DNA from: Terriglobia bacterium
GTDB lineage: Bacteria > Acidobacteriota > Terriglobia > 20CM-2-55-15
Assembly (NCBI GenBank): GCA_965198225.1
Contig: CBDAOY010000009.1
Coordinates: 96,001-160,000 of the forward strand
Reading direction: 5' to 3'
DNA length: 64,000 nt
Shown here: positions 42,239-52,626 of the stretch, piece after piece
Layout: each line of letters starts with the position of its first letter
How positions within the stretch are numbered: position 1 is the stretch's first letter
Translations under genes and position numbers: made by a program
The notes under the pieces: generated by a model
What the model was told of the DNA's origin: nothing
The model's input: the letters and a program-made list of their open reading frames with translations, nothing else
The model's database searches: none

Positions 42239-42868
42239 TCAAGCGTCTGAAACCCTCAGATCCATCCCATTGTACTTCGACATCGTGGGCCGCGTCCCTT
42301 GGGTCAGGATAAACACTACGGAGTCCGCAGCCAGTTCCTCAGAACGTTCGAGCAGCGCACGATCGGAGGGAGCGACCTCCGACAGGACGTAATCTCTCGC
42401 CTCTTCGATCATCCGGCCCGAATCGATTCCGACCCGTACCCTCAGGTAGTCGCCCGAGCCAACGGCCGAACCTATCGATTTTAATCCATTATGGCCGCCC
42501 GCTGAACCTCTTTCGCGGATTCGGATTCTGCCAAGCGGCAACGCCAGATCGTCGCACACAACCAGAATCCTGGAGTCCGGGCCGAATCTGTCGAAGAGAA
42601 TCGGCAGTACCGCGCCACTACGGTTCATGTAAGTCCGCGGCTGAACGAGAACGATTTCGCTCCCGTATACGGCCCTACTCCCCAAGCGGGCAGGCTCGGG
42701 TTTCCCCCGGAGCGTGATTCCAAGACGCCGAGCCAACGAGTCGACGACTCGAAAGCCTACGTTATGGTAAGTGTTCTCGTAATCGGCGCCAGGATTGCCG
42801 AGCCCGATGATGAGCCAGCAACCGGCACCTTCGGATTGTCCTCCGTCTCGGGTTGGGACAACCGCCAC
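42239..42868 (-). CDS. pth: Peptidyl-tRNA hydrolase
   Basis: GLGNPG, HNVGF, TYMNRSG, GGHNGLKSI; start uncertain. Confidence 0.95.
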   Translation of the reverse strand: MAVVPTRDGGQSEGAGCWLIIGLGNPGADYENTYHNVGFRVVDSLARRLGITLRGKPEPARLGSRAVYGSEIVLVQPRTYMNRSGAVLPILFDRFGPDSRILVVCDDLALPLGRIRIRERGSAGGHNGLKSIGSAVGSGDYLRVRVGIDSGRMIEEARDYVLSEVAPSDRALLERSEELAADSVVFILTQGTRPTMSKYNGMDLRVSDA

Positions 42869-42873
42869 AGGGG

Positions 42874-43548
42874 CTATTCGCCCCCTTCTTCCTCTTTCTT
42901 GCCCTTTGTGAGGACTTCCGGCTCGCCCTCGTCTGCACCTTCGACCGGAAGGACTTCGCCTTCCTCGGCCTCAGCGGCTTCTTCCTCTTCGGCCCGGAGG
43001 GCCACCACGTGGGCTACAACGCGATCGGCCTCGGCAAGAATCTCAACATTGTCCGGAAAGGGCAGGTCTCCGATACGGATGTTGTCGTGGAGGCGCAACT
43101 CGGAAACATCACATTCGATTCGTTCCGGGATGTCCCCGGGCAAACACTCCACGTCGACTTCGCGGAGAACCAGATCCAACAGTCCCTCGCCGGCCTTCAC
43201 CCCGATCGCTTCGCCACGAATCGCGATCGGAACCGTCACGCGTAAAACCTTGTCCATCGCGATTCTCTGAAAATCGGCGTGCAGGATCGTCTCCGTCACG
43301 GGGTCGACCTGCCAGTCCTTGAGGATCACGCTGCTCCCTCCGCCTTCGACCTCCAGGCTGAGGATAGTGTTCCGCCCTGCCTCGGATCGGAGCACTCCGT
43401 AGATCTCCTTCGGGTCGACCTTCACGGGAACGTTGTCCTCGGAACCGCCATATACGATCGCGGGTACCATTCCATCGCGACGAATCCGCTTGGAGGCGCT
43501 CTTGCCGAACTCGGCGCGGCTCTGCACGTTTAGTGTCATTTCTGCCAT
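42874..43548 (-). CDS. rplY: 50S ribosomal protein L25 / Ctc
   Basis: VPAIVYG, ILHADF, long Ctc form with acidic tail. Confidence 0.96.
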   Translation of the reverse strand: MAEMTLNVQSRAEFGKSASKRIRRDGMVPAIVYGGSEDNVPVKVDPKEIYGVLRSEAGRNTILSLEVEGGGSSVILKDWQVDPVTETILHADFQRIAMDKVLRVTVPIAIRGEAIGVKAGEGLLDLVLREVDVECLPGDIPERIECDVSELRLHDNIRIGDLPFPDNVEILAEADRVVAHVVALRAEEEEAAEAEEGEVLPVEGADEGEPEVLTKGKKEEEGGE

Positions 43549-43605
43549 CGTAAAATCCTTATCTCCAACTTCTCAACCCGGCGCGCCCGGGGGGATCCAC
43601 CAGTG

Positions 43606-43666
43606 CTACCCAAGAATACCTGAATTCTTGGGTAGGCGATCAGCCATCAACTTTCAGCTATCAGCT
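43606..43666. repeat. 12-bp hairpin plus heptamer array in the prs-rplY spacer
   Basis: CTACCCAAGAAT-6 nt-ATTCTTGGGTAG; ATCAGCC-ATCAACT-TTCAGCT-ATCAGCT. Confidence 0.65.
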
Positions 43667-43716
43667 CGACCCGTGCTCCGCCTGCGGGCAAATTCTCGAA
43701 CCTGAGGATCAAGCGC

Positions 43717-44655
43717 CTAAATAAACAGCACGCTGACCGACGTCTCGTCGTGTATCGACTGGATCGCCCGTGCCAGCAGGTTCGCAACGCTCAGCACCCG
43801 GATCTTCCCGCATTTCTGGATCCGGGGCAGAACCGGCAGGGTGTTGGTCACGACCAGCTCTTCGAGCTCCGAGCCCTCGATACGCTCGACGGCCGGACCA
43901 GACAGCACCCCGTGGGTGCAGCACGCATAGATCTTCCTGGCCCCGTTTTCCCTCAGCGCTTCAACCGTCTTGACGAGCGTGCCGGCCGTATCGACGATGT
44001 CGTCTACGACCAGCGCGTTTCGATCACGCACCTCACCGATTACATTCATGACCTCGGCCACGTTGGCTTCCCGGCGCCTCTTGTCCATTATCGCCAGCTC
44101 GCCGTGTAACCGCTTTGCAAACGCCCGGGCGCGCTCAACGCCGCCCGCGTCGGGCGACACTACCGTCAGGTCCTCGAGGTCCGCCTTCTGAAAGAAGTCG
44201 ACCAGGACCGGTGCCGCAAAGAGATGATCCACCGGGATGTCGAAGAAACCCTGGATCTGCGCGGCATGCAGGTCCATCGTGAGCAGCCTGTCCGCTCCCA
44301 GACCGATCGTGTCGGCCATGACCTTCGACGAGATTGGCACTCGCGGCTTGTCCTTGCGATCCTGTCGGGCATAGCCGAAATACGGAACGACAGCCGTGAT
44401 GCGCCGGGCTGACGAACGCTTGAACGCGTCCATCATCAGCAGAAGCTCCACCAGGTTCGAGTTGACCGGTGGACACGTCGGCTGAACGACGAACACGTCG
44501 GCGCCCCGCACGTTCTCCAGGATCTGAAAGTAGATCTCGCCGTCAGAAAACCGCGTGACGGAACATTCTCCGGACTTGCACCCTAGAGTCTCGCAGAGTT
44601 CTGCCACGAGTTCCGGGTTGGCCGTACCGGCGAAAACCTTGAGCTCGTTGGTCAT
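43717..44655 (-). CDS. prs: Ribose-phosphate pyrophosphokinase
   Basis: FSDGE, PYFGYARQDRK, VSPDAGG, DDIVDTAGT. Confidence 0.98.
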   Translation of the reverse strand: MTNELKVFAGTANPELVAELCETLGCKSGECSVTRFSDGEIYFQILENVRGADVFVVQPTCPPVNSNLVELLLMMDAFKRSSARRITAVVPYFGYARQDRKDKPRVPISSKVMADTIGLGADRLLTMDLHAAQIQGFFDIPVDHLFAAPVLVDFFQKADLEDLTVVSPDAGGVERARAFAKRLHGELAIMDKRRREANVAEVMNVIGEVRDRNALVVDDIVDTAGTLVKTVEALRENGARKIYACCTHGVLSGPAVERIEGSELEELVVTNTLPVLPRIQKCGKIRVLSVANLLARAIQSIHDETSVSVLFI

Positions 44656-44662
44656 CTGATAG

Positions 44663-44734
44663 CTGGGGCGGGAGGATTCGAACCTCCGTATGCAGGTGCC
44701 AAAGACCTGTGCCTTACCGCTTGGCGACGCCCCA
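44663..44734 (-). tRNA. tRNA-Gln(TTG)
   Basis: TGGGGCG acceptor, CAGGT-CTTTGGC-ACCTG, GGTTCGAATCC; usual ispE-tRNAGln-prs position. Confidence 0.96.
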
Positions 44735-44740
44735 TGGAGA

Positions 44741-44772
44741 AGTAGTCGGTAGTCAGTTGCCAGTAGTCAGTT
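44741..44772. repeat. Heptamer tandem array in the tRNA-Gln leader
   Basis: AGTAGTC-GGTAGTC-AGTTGCC-AGTAGTC-AGTT. Confidence 0.85.
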
Positions 44773-44808
44773 AAAAGACGCTTGCTGATAATGATTAACT
44801 CAACCGCA

Positions 44809-45699
44809 TCAGTGTGCCCGGTTCGGGCTCTCTTCGAACATCCGGCTGAAATACTCGGACCGGCGGAGTGGTCTTGCCAGTTTCACCTCGAACTCTCGGC
44901 CCAGCTCCGCCGCCGCCTGATCTGCTTCGGCCTGGTTGCGGAAACGCCCGAATATCGTCGCGCCGCTGCCCGTCACCGCGGCGTGATAGGCACCGGCCGC
45001 CGACACCTTTCGTTTGATTTCATCCAGTTCGGGGAATCGGCGAAAGAGCGACGTCTCGAAATCGTTATGCAGGAAACCGCCAAACGGCTCAACCGACCCC
45101 TGTGGCGGCACAAATCGGGCACAGAAACAGAAAATGTTATTGGATTCCCCAGATAGCGTCAACCAAGAATACGCCCGCCGTGTCGGTATAGACAGTCCTG
45201 GATTCACAAGGAGTAGCCAGTAGTCCGCGTCGTCAGGCAGCGGAAACAGCCGCTCGCCACGCCCGATTCCCAGGGCGCGACCACCCACGGCGAAGAACGG
45301 CACGTCCGAGCCCAGTCCGGCCAGCAGTCGATGCAAACGCTCGCCAGGAAGCTGGACTCCATACCAGCGGCACAGGCCCATCAAAGTTGCCGCAGCGTTG
45401 GCGCTACCCCCTCCGAGTCCGCCGCCCGACGGTATGCGCTTGTCCAGCTCGAGCCGCAGCGAAACCGCAATCGAGGTTTCCGCCTCGAACGCCCGAACCG
45501 CCCGGACGACGAGATTGTCCTCATTCCGGGGCCCCTCGCTGGCCGTGAAGCTGAAGCTCTCCGAGGGAGAGACATGGATCTCGTCATGCAGGTCGATCGC
45601 CTGCAGGACCGTCCGGATCTCGTGGTAGTCGTCTGCTCGTTCGCCGACGATCCGAAGGTCCAGGTTTACTTTGGCGAACGCGCGCCACACTATCGACAT
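44809..45699 (-). CDS. ispE: 4-diphosphocytidyl-2-C-methyl-D-erythritol kinase
   Basis: AKVNL, KRIPSGGGLGGGSANAA, GSDVPFF, TGSG; ATG at 45699. Confidence 0.96.
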   Translation of the reverse strand: MSIVWRAFAKVNLDLRIVGERADDYHEIRTVLQAIDLHDEIHVSPSESFSFTASEGPRNEDNLVVRAVRAFEAETSIAVSLRLELDKRIPSGGGLGGGSANAAATLMGLCRWYGVQLPGERLHRLLAGLGSDVPFFAVGGRALGIGRGERLFPLPDDADYWLLLVNPGLSIPTRRAYSWLTLSGESNNIFCFCARFVPPQGSVEPFGGFLHNDFETSLFRRFPELDEIKRKVSAAGAYHAAVTGSGATIFGRFRNQAEADQAAAELGREFEVKLARPLRRSEYFSRMFEESPNRAH

Positions 45700-45830
45700 C
45701 GATTGTTTTCCAGAACAGAATCTATCACCGGTCGAGGCGAGAATCCTCAGCCGTAAACCGCCCGAGCGAAAAGATCCACCTGGTCCGGCTCCGTACCGGT
45801 AATTTGTTATTATCGTTCGGCTTGAAGACG

Positions 45831-47348
45831 ATGGAACACCGAATTCTGCTCGCGTTTTCATTTCTGTACCTGACCGTGTCCAACATGATCTGGATCGCGC
45901 GGGACACCCGGCCCCCGTTCTGGGACATGGCTTACCACCAGTCGGGAGCGCTGAGGATCTTCAGCGCCTTCCGGGAAGAAGGTTGGCGGGCGCTTCTGGC
46001 GGTGCCTGAGCTGTCGGGTCTCCATCCTCCCCTCTTTCATTCCGTCGTCGCCGCATTCTATTCCGTCTTCGGTGTGTCATACGACTCCGCCCAAATTGCC
46101 AACCTCCCGGCGACGGCAATCCTGATCGCTGCGACCTACGGAATCGGGAGACGCGTTCTCACGCCCTTCGGGGCCGCCACGGCTGCAGCGATCACCGGCT
46201 TCTGTCCCATGTTGTTGTGGTTGTCCCGAGAATCGGCGATCGACTATTGGCTGGCCGCGATGGTGTCGCTGGCGATCTGGGCTCTAATGGAAAGCGACGG
46301 CCTCAAGAAACCGGGAACGAGTATCCTGTTCGGCGTAATCTGTGGCCTGGGGATGCTGACGAAGGCTACATTTGCGCTGTTTGTCGTGCTGCCGACCCTC
46401 TGGTTCGCCCGTGCCCGCCCGAAGCAGGCCGCCCTCGCTGGAGGGGTCGCCCTCGTGATCGCTTCCTACTGGTACGTGCCGCGAATCGGGGCCCTGCCGG
46501 AGCTCCTCCGGATCAACACCGCGGGTGCCGTCTCCGAGGGCGACCCGGCCCTTCTAAGTTGGCAGGCACTCGTCTTTTATGTGCGGGCTCTCGAGGGGTA
46601 CCAGCTCTTCCTTCCGCTGTTTGTTCTGTTCCTCACGGGTGCTTTTTGGCTGAGCCGCAATTTCAAGCCGGAATGGTGGCCGATTCTCCTGTGGATCGGC
46701 GGCGGCTGGGCGGGGCTGATGCTGTTGGTGAACAAGGACCCACGCTACAGCGTGCCGTTGTTGCCGGCTGTCGCGTTGATCAGCGCCCGCGCCGTAGGGT
46801 CGCGGAAGGCCGTGCTCGGTTTGCTCATGCCCTTCCTGCTGTTCCAGCACTACCTGGTGTCGTTCGGCATTCGCGCACTGCCCGAAACTTTCGTGGTCGC
46901 CCGTGGCGTGGAGGGTCCGCTGTCCTGGGACTGGAACCTGTACACACAACGCCACTTCGGCTTGTGGGGTCCACCCGCCCGTGAGGACTGGAAGATCGAG
47001 TACGTGCTGGGCCGCGTCCGCCCCGCCGCGGGATCAGATCGCGCCGGATTGGGGATCATTCCCGACATTCCGCGGTTCGACTACGAGGCATTCGCATTCT
47101 ATGCGGCGGCCCGCAAAGATCCCGTGATCGTGCGACGCCTCGCCCGGTTTGACGCGGGCTCGATCGGCGGTAACGACTACCTGCTGATGTCGGAGTCGCC
47201 GAGGCAGACGCCGGGCAGGGCTCAACCCGACATCGCTCGTATCAACCAGTATGTCGTCGATCGCCCCGAGCAATTCGAGGTGATGGAGTGGTTTCCGTTG
47301 CCCAACGGTGAGGTGATCCGTCTCTACCGCGTTCGAAAGCCTTCATGA
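45831..47348 (+). CDS. ArnT/PMT-like GT-C membrane glycosyltransferase
   Basis: N-terminal TM then WD motif, HPPLFH, GLGMLTK, DPRYSVPLLP, many TM helices. Confidence 0.8.
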   Translation: MEHRILLAFSFLYLTVSNMIWIARDTRPPFWDMAYHQSGALRIFSAFREEGWRALLAVPELSGLHPPLFHSVVAAFYSVFGVSYDSAQIANLPATAILIAATYGIGRRVLTPFGAATAAAITGFCPMLLWLSRESAIDYWLAAMVSLAIWALMESDGLKKPGTSILFGVICGLGMLTKATFALFVVLPTLWFARARPKQAALAGGVALVIASYWYVPRIGALPELLRINTAGAVSEGDPALLSWQALVFYVRALEGYQLFLPLFVLFLTGAFWLSRNFKPEWWPILLWIGGGWAGLMLLVNKDPRYSVPLLPAVALISARAVGSRKAVLGLLMPFLLFQHYLVSFGIRALPETFVVARGVEGPLSWDWNLYTQRHFGLWGPPAREDWKIEYVLGRVRPAAGSDRAGLGIIPDIPRFDYEAFAFYAAARKDPVIVRRLARFDAGSIGGNDYLLMSESPRQTPGRAQPDIARINQYVVDRPEQFEVMEWFPLPNGEVIRLYRVRKPS

Positions 47349-49198
47349 GCGTATTCGACTCCAGTTCGACAGCTTCCTGGTGGCCTGCCTGCCTGCTTTT
47401 GGTGCTGGTCGTCCTGTGCGTCGTCATGCCGTTCGCCGACCGTGCCATATACATGGACGAGCATATCTTTCTGCAACTCGCTCGGTCCGCCCAGGACAAC
47501 TGGATGTTCCCATCCGACACGCCTTCCGTCTTCTTCGGCACCCCGACTGATGACTTTGCCGCACACACCCATCCCCCCGTGGGTGAGTACTACCTCGCCA
47601 TCGTCGACCTGCTGTTGGGAGGAGCCGGGGAAATCCCGTTGCGCGTGTCGTTTTCCATCTTCTCGATGATGGCGGCGATCGGTTTCTATGCGCTCGCGCG
47701 CCGCTTCACCGAATCCCCGATTGGGGTCACCCTGCTGCTGGTTGTCAGCCCGGCGTTCTTCGTGATGAGCCACACGATCATGATGGACATGCCGATGCTC
47801 GCTTTCCTGCTGGTTGGTGTGGCCCTCTATCTCCACCATCTGGACGGACGGCCCAATCGGCTCTGGATAGCGGCATTGTGTTTCATCCTGGCAGTGGGAA
47901 CGGGATACACGGCGCTGGTGCCCGTTGGTTGCGTCTTTGTGTGGGCCGTGTACCGGAAGCGGCCCATCAGAGAGCTCGCCGCGATCGCGGCAGCGCCGGC
48001 CGTTCTCTTCGTCTGGTTGATGGCTATGACCGCCCACTTCGGTCGTTTCCCGCTATTGGATACGGTTGGTTTCTTCTTCGATCAGCCCCGCTCGACCTTT
48101 CAGAACTTGCTGGCCACATTCAGCTTCCTCGGTGGCGTCGGGCTGTTTCCGTGGACGTTCCTGTATCTGATCCGGACTCGCGACAAACAGATCTACCGGG
48201 TCAGTCTAGCTGCGGTCGGAATCGCCATTCTGGCCACGTTGCCTCTGGAGTGGAGCTCCCTTACTCAGAGACTCCTGTTCATCGGCCTGACTTCGTCAGG
48301 GATCGCGATGACGGCGACCGCCCTGACATGGCTGAGAACATCGAGCGGTCTGGCACCGATTCTGCTGTGGGTGCCGACAGTACTGACCCTTTTCATCGTC
48401 GTCGGCGACACGATTCAGGCGCGTTACCTTCTGCCGGCCCTTCCGGCTCTCTACCTGGCTCTGTTCCGCAACACGCCGGGCCGACGACTGACGCCCGTCC
48501 TCATCCCTACGCTCATGCTGTCCGTCGGGGTCGCAGTGGCGGACTATCGTTTCGTCAACTCCTACAGGAGTTGGGTCGAAGACACGCTGTTACCGGTACA
48601 GGAACAGGGGTTTCGCGTCTGGGGCGCCTCCGAATCCGGTTTGCGGTTCTACCTGGAACAGAACGGCGTGGAGACGCTGGACAACCGCGACCTGAGTCCC
48701 GAGGGGGGTGACCTTGTCGTCCGCCAGGCTGGACTTTTTCGCTACGGCCTGTCCCCGGAGCTCGAACGCTATCTCATTCCCCTCCAGGGCTGGAACCTGG
48801 AGGACGCGTTTCCCCTGCGGACTTTCAACGAGGAAGCGGGCGCCGGTTTTCACGGCAGCCGTTTCGGGCTCGTGCCTTACAGCTTCTCTACCGCGCCGCA
48901 CGACCGGATCGACTTGGTTCAGTTGAGCCCCCTCCTCCGAAGCGCGCCAGCAGGGCCGGATTACCCAGAAGTTCTCGTCCAGGGCGACGACCGCGGGGTG
49001 TTTCTGGAGCAAACCGAGCCGGTATTGACCTTCAGCGTGCGGATACCCGAGGGAGCGGAGGTTATCTACGATCGGGCAGGCGAGGGGCAGCTCGACGTCG
49101 GCACCCGATCCCTGCGGTTCACCAGGCAGGGCGACGGCGAGACTGTTTGGTGGAACGTTCGGGTCATGCCCTCAAGGCTCCCGGGTTCCGGTTTTTGA
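47345..49198 (+). CDS. ArnT/PMT-like GT-C membrane glycosyltransferase with soluble C-terminal domain
   Basis: MDE motif after TM1, HPP, MMDMP, ARYLLPALP; ATGA overlap with the upstream gene. Confidence 0.75.
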   Translation: MSVFDSSSTASWWPACLLLVLVVLCVVMPFADRAIYMDEHIFLQLARSAQDNWMFPSDTPSVFFGTPTDDFAAHTHPPVGEYYLAIVDLLLGGAGEIPLRVSFSIFSMMAAIGFYALARRFTESPIGVTLLLVVSPAFFVMSHTIMMDMPMLAFLLVGVALYLHHLDGRPNRLWIAALCFILAVGTGYTALVPVGCVFVWAVYRKRPIRELAAIAAAPAVLFVWLMAMTAHFGRFPLLDTVGFFFDQPRSTFQNLLATFSFLGGVGLFPWTFLYLIRTRDKQIYRVSLAAVGIAILATLPLEWSSLTQRLLFIGLTSSGIAMTATALTWLRTSSGLAPILLWVPTVLTLFIVVGDTIQARYLLPALPALYLALFRNTPGRRLTPVLIPTLMLSVGVAVADYRFVNSYRSWVEDTLLPVQEQGFRVWGASESGLRFYLEQNGVETLDNRDLSPEGGDLVVRQAGLFRYGLSPELERYLIPLQGWNLEDAFPLRTFNEEAGAGFHGSRFGLVPYSFSTAPHDRIDLVQLSPLLRSAPAGPDYPEVLVQGDDRGVFLEQTEPVLTFSVRIPEGAEVIYDRAGEGQLDVGTRSLRFTRQGDGETVWWNVRVMPSRLPGSGF

Positions 49199-49241
49199 AC
49201 AGCACTGATACGATGGTTTCCGGGCAACTGCCTGAGCAGCA

Positions 49242-52200
49242 ATGAACGAGGAGCTCCACTCGCATCCTGCGGCCGACGAGGGGCGGCGCCACATGGCTTC
49301 GATGTCCTCCGTCGGTCTCCACACGTTTTTTGCGTCTGGATCCAGACTGAAGGTCCCGTCTTCGAAGAAACCCGATCTTTCGGTCGTCGTCGTTCTCTTC
49401 AACCGGGCCGAGTTGACGCTCGCCTGCCTGCGCTCGCTGTCGGAAGACTACAAACAACAGCTCGAAATCATCATCGTCGACAACGCTTCGACGGATGAAA
49501 CCTCGAGGCTGCTGGACCGCCTCGAAGGCGCCAAGATCATCCGAAACGCCGGCAACGAGAACTTCCTGTTCGCGGCCAACCAGGCTGCGGCAAAGGCTCG
49601 TGGCCGGTATCTGCTGTTCCTCAACAACGACACAGAAGTGTTCCCCGGCACGATCACCTCCGCGCTTCACACGATCGAGGGAAGCAGCGACATCGGAGCC
49701 GTCGGGGGAAAACTGATACTGCCCGACGGAACGCTGCAGGAAGCCGGGGGGATCCTTTGGAGAGATGGATCCTCCCTCGGGTACGGGCGTGGGGATGACC
49801 CTTTCGCCCCACAATACATGTTTCGGAGGGACATCGACTACTGCTCGGGCGCGTTCCTGCTGACGCGACGGAAGCTATTCGAAGAGATGGGCGGTTTTGA
49901 CGAAGCCTTCCGTCCGGCCTACTACGAAGACACAGACTACTGCTTGCGGCTCTGGGAAGGAGGACACCGCGTGGTCTACGATCCCGACGCGATCGTCCTC
50001 CACCATGAATTCGCGAGCGCGCCTTCGGCGAAGGACGCGATCGATCTTCAGGCGGCGCACCGCCAGGTGTTTGTCGGAAAGCATGCGGAGCGACTCGAGG
50101 GTCATCTCACACGCTCGAACGCGGGCATTATCAAAGCCCGCACCTGCCATCGCGACCAGCCGAGGGTTCTCTACATCGACGACAGGGTGCCGCACCCGGC
50201 TCTCGGTTCCGGCTACCCCAGGTCACACACGATCCTCGAGAGGCTCAGTGCCAGGGGATACTTCATCACGCTCTATCCCCTCGCGGTGCTGGACGAGGAG
50301 TGGAACAGCGTGTACGCCGACATACCCAGGGACATGGAAGTCGTGTCGGGGGCTGGAGCGGCCGGCCTGGAGGCGTTCCTGGAGGAACGTCGGGGTTACT
50401 ACGAAACCGTCGTGGTCAGTCGGCCGCACAACATGCGTGTCATGAATCTCGTCATCCGCGCGCATCCCGACTGGTTCCGCAGAACGGTTGTCCTTTACGA
50501 CGCCGAAGCGCTATCGACGGAGAGAGAAGTTCAGAGACGGCAACTCCGCGGCGAAAAGGTCTCCGAAGCCGAACATCGGACGATGCTGGAGAATGAGCTC
50601 GAGCTGGCCTCGTTCGCCGACTCTGTGATCTCGGTTTCCGAAGCCGAACGGACCGCCTTTCTCGGTCACGGTGTAGAACGAGTATTCGAGCTGGGCCACG
50701 TCCTTTCCGGCTCGCCGTCACCGCCTGGCTTTGATGATCGGTCGGGTCTTCTCTTCGTCGGGGCGATGTATGGCGACTTGACCTCCAATGCCGATGCTGT
50801 GGCATGGTTCGTGGAGGATATCTTCCCCCGGATACGCGAGGCTCTCGGTACCGACGTGGTCTTGTCTGTGGCGGGTCACAACGAATCGGAGAAAATCCGC
50901 CGCCTGGCTTCCGAGCATGTTCGGATTCTGGGCGCGGTCGAGGATCTATCCGACCTCTACGAACAGAATCGCGTCTTCATTGCATCCGCGCGCTTCGCCG
51001 CCGGAATCCCGCACAAGATACACGAGGCCGCGGCCCGAGGAATCCCGGTCGTGGCAACCTCGATACTGGCCGAGCAACTCGCCTGGAAGGCGGGCGAACA
51101 CCTGGCCGTCGCCGACGATGCAGAGGCCTTTGCTTCCTGCTGCGCCGAGCTGTACCAGAACTCCGACAAGTGGTCCGCCATCCGGGCAGCGGCCCTGGAG
51201 CGCATCCAGGCGGATTGCTCGGCTCAGGCCTTTGAAGCACGGCTCGACGAGATTCTCGCTTCGAAAGAAAAGCGACAACTCGTCGCGGAACCGATGCTGG
51301 AGTGGACCGGGGAACGGTTCCTGCCATGGATTGATGAGCCCACTATCGCCTACGAGCACCTGCACCGGTACGCACACGCAGCCCAGTTTGTCGCCGGCAA
51401 GCGGGTGCTGGACCTGGGAAGCGGGGAAGGGTATGGATCGAACACGCTCGCCGCCACCGCGTCCTCGGTCGTTGGCGTCGACCTGGACGAGGCCGCGATC
51501 CGGCATGCGAACACCAAGTACGGTGCCCTGAACCTGAGTTTTATGCTCGGCTCGATCACCGACGTACCGATCCCTGAAGAACACACGTTCGACGTCATCG
51601 TCTGCTTCGAAGCCATAGAATATGTCGAGGATCACGAAGCACTTCTGACGGGAATCGAGAAGCTACTCGCCGATGATGGCCTACTGATCATCTCGACGCC
51701 CAACTCCGAGGCGTACCCTGCGAACACTGGAGAAGGAAACCCTTTCCACGAAAAGGAACTCTCCCTGGGGGAGTTCCGAGAGCTCTTGGACCGCCGCTTC
51801 ACCCACACTCATTACCTCGGTCAACGGGCATTGCCTGCTTCAAGCAGCTGGCCGGTAGCAGGACAAAGTGCCCAGCCTCCATCGGAATTCTTTGTCGAAC
51901 GCAACTCGTCCGGGTTCGCGCTAACCGAACTGGATACCAGAAGGCCCGTGTACTTGCTGGCTATCGCCTCCAACGTCGGGCCGGAAGCCGGCGTCCAGGA
52001 AAGCGTTCTGATCGACAGCTCGGACGCCCTGGCCGCACACACGACGAAAAGGCTGCAGGAGTTGCGGGACCGGATCGACGACATCAACGCAGAAAGCGAA
52101 GGGGCTCTGGCTGAACGAGACCAACGAGTCGATAAACTCGACGAAGAGTTGCGCTCCGCGACCGAGACACTCCAACTGCGGCAAGAGGACCTCGTCGTCG

Positions 52201-52478
52201 CCCTCGACCGGATCGGGCAGCACGAGCGGGCTCTTGCCGCTCAGGAAGATCGGTTCCAGAGGGTCGAAACCGAGATTCGTGCCGCCGTGGAAGACAACAA
52301 ACTGCAGAATGCCTACTTGAGGGAAGAGCGGGACGCGCTGAACGGCGAGTTGTTCGTAATCAAGAGCAGTCGTGGCTGGAGGATGGTCCAGAAGTGGCGG
52401 GCGCTGGTGGAGACGCTTTTCCCGCCCGATTCCCACCGTAGGAACTTCCTCGAATACTGGCGGAAACACGTACGGTAG
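49242..52478 (+). CDS. Multidomain GT2 + GT4-like + SAM methyltransferase + coiled-coil protein
   Basis: VDNASTD/FLNND/YYED (GT2); LFVG..KIHEAAARGIPVVAT (GT-B); WTGERF..HLHRY..LDLGSGEG (MTase); heptad region; SSRGW basic amphipathic end. Confidence 0.88.
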   Translation: MNEELHSHPAADEGRRHMASMSSVGLHTFFASGSRLKVPSSKKPDLSVVVVLFNRAELTLACLRSLSEDYKQQLEIIIVDNASTDETSRLLDRLEGAKIIRNAGNENFLFAANQAAAKARGRYLLFLNNDTEVFPGTITSALHTIEGSSDIGAVGGKLILPDGTLQEAGGILWRDGSSLGYGRGDDPFAPQYMFRRDIDYCSGAFLLTRRKLFEEMGGFDEAFRPAYYEDTDYCLRLWEGGHRVVYDPDAIVLHHEFASAPSAKDAIDLQAAHRQVFVGKHAERLEGHLTRSNAGIIKARTCHRDQPRVLYIDDRVPHPALGSGYPRSHTILERLSARGYFITLYPLAVLDEEWNSVYADIPRDMEVVSGAGAAGLEAFLEERRGYYETVVVSRPHNMRVMNLVIRAHPDWFRRTVVLYDAEALSTEREVQRRQLRGEKVSEAEHRTMLENELELASFADSVISVSEAERTAFLGHGVERVFELGHVLSGSPSPPGFDDRSGLLFVGAMYGDLTSNADAVAWFVEDIFPRIREALGTDVVLSVAGHNESEKIRRLASEHVRILGAVEDLSDLYEQNRVFIASARFAAGIPHKIHEAAARGIPVVATSILAEQLAWKAGEHLAVADDAEAFASCCAELYQNSDKWSAIRAAALERIQADCSAQAFEARLDEILASKEKRQLVAEPMLEWTGERFLPWIDEPTIAYEHLHRYAHAAQFVAGKRVLDLGSGEGYGSNTLAATASSVVGVDLDEAAIRHANTKYGALNLSFMLGSITDVPIPEEHTFDVIVCFEAIEYVEDHEALLTGIEKLLADDGLLIISTPNSEAYPANTGEGNPFHEKELSLGEFRELLDRRFTHTHYLGQRALPASSSWPVAGQSAQPPSEFFVERNSSGFALTELDTRRPVYLLAIASNVGPEAGVQESVLIDSSDALAAHTTKRLQELRDRIDDINAESEGALAERDQRVDKLDEELRSATETLQLRQEDLVVALDRIGQHERALAAQEDRFQRVETEIRAAVEDNKLQNAYLREERDALNGELFVIKSSRGWRMVQKWRALVETLFPPDSHRRNFLEYWRKHVR

Positions 52479-52485
52479 CGCGGGC

Positions 52486-52622
52486 CATTGGAGATTGGAA
52501 ATTGCTTTGGCTGTCACTGATCGAAACTTCGAGCGTTTTCCGTCGAATGGACGAGAGCGCTGATGATCCGTCACTCTCTGGAGGCTGGTTCTCGAAGATC
52601 CAAAATTAAGCAATCTGCAATA
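52486..52622. repeat. Degenerate heptamer arms in the convergent spacer
   Basis: ATTGGAG-ATTGGAA-ATTGCT ... AGCAATC-TGCAATA. Confidence 0.5.
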
Positions 52623-52626
52623 GGGA

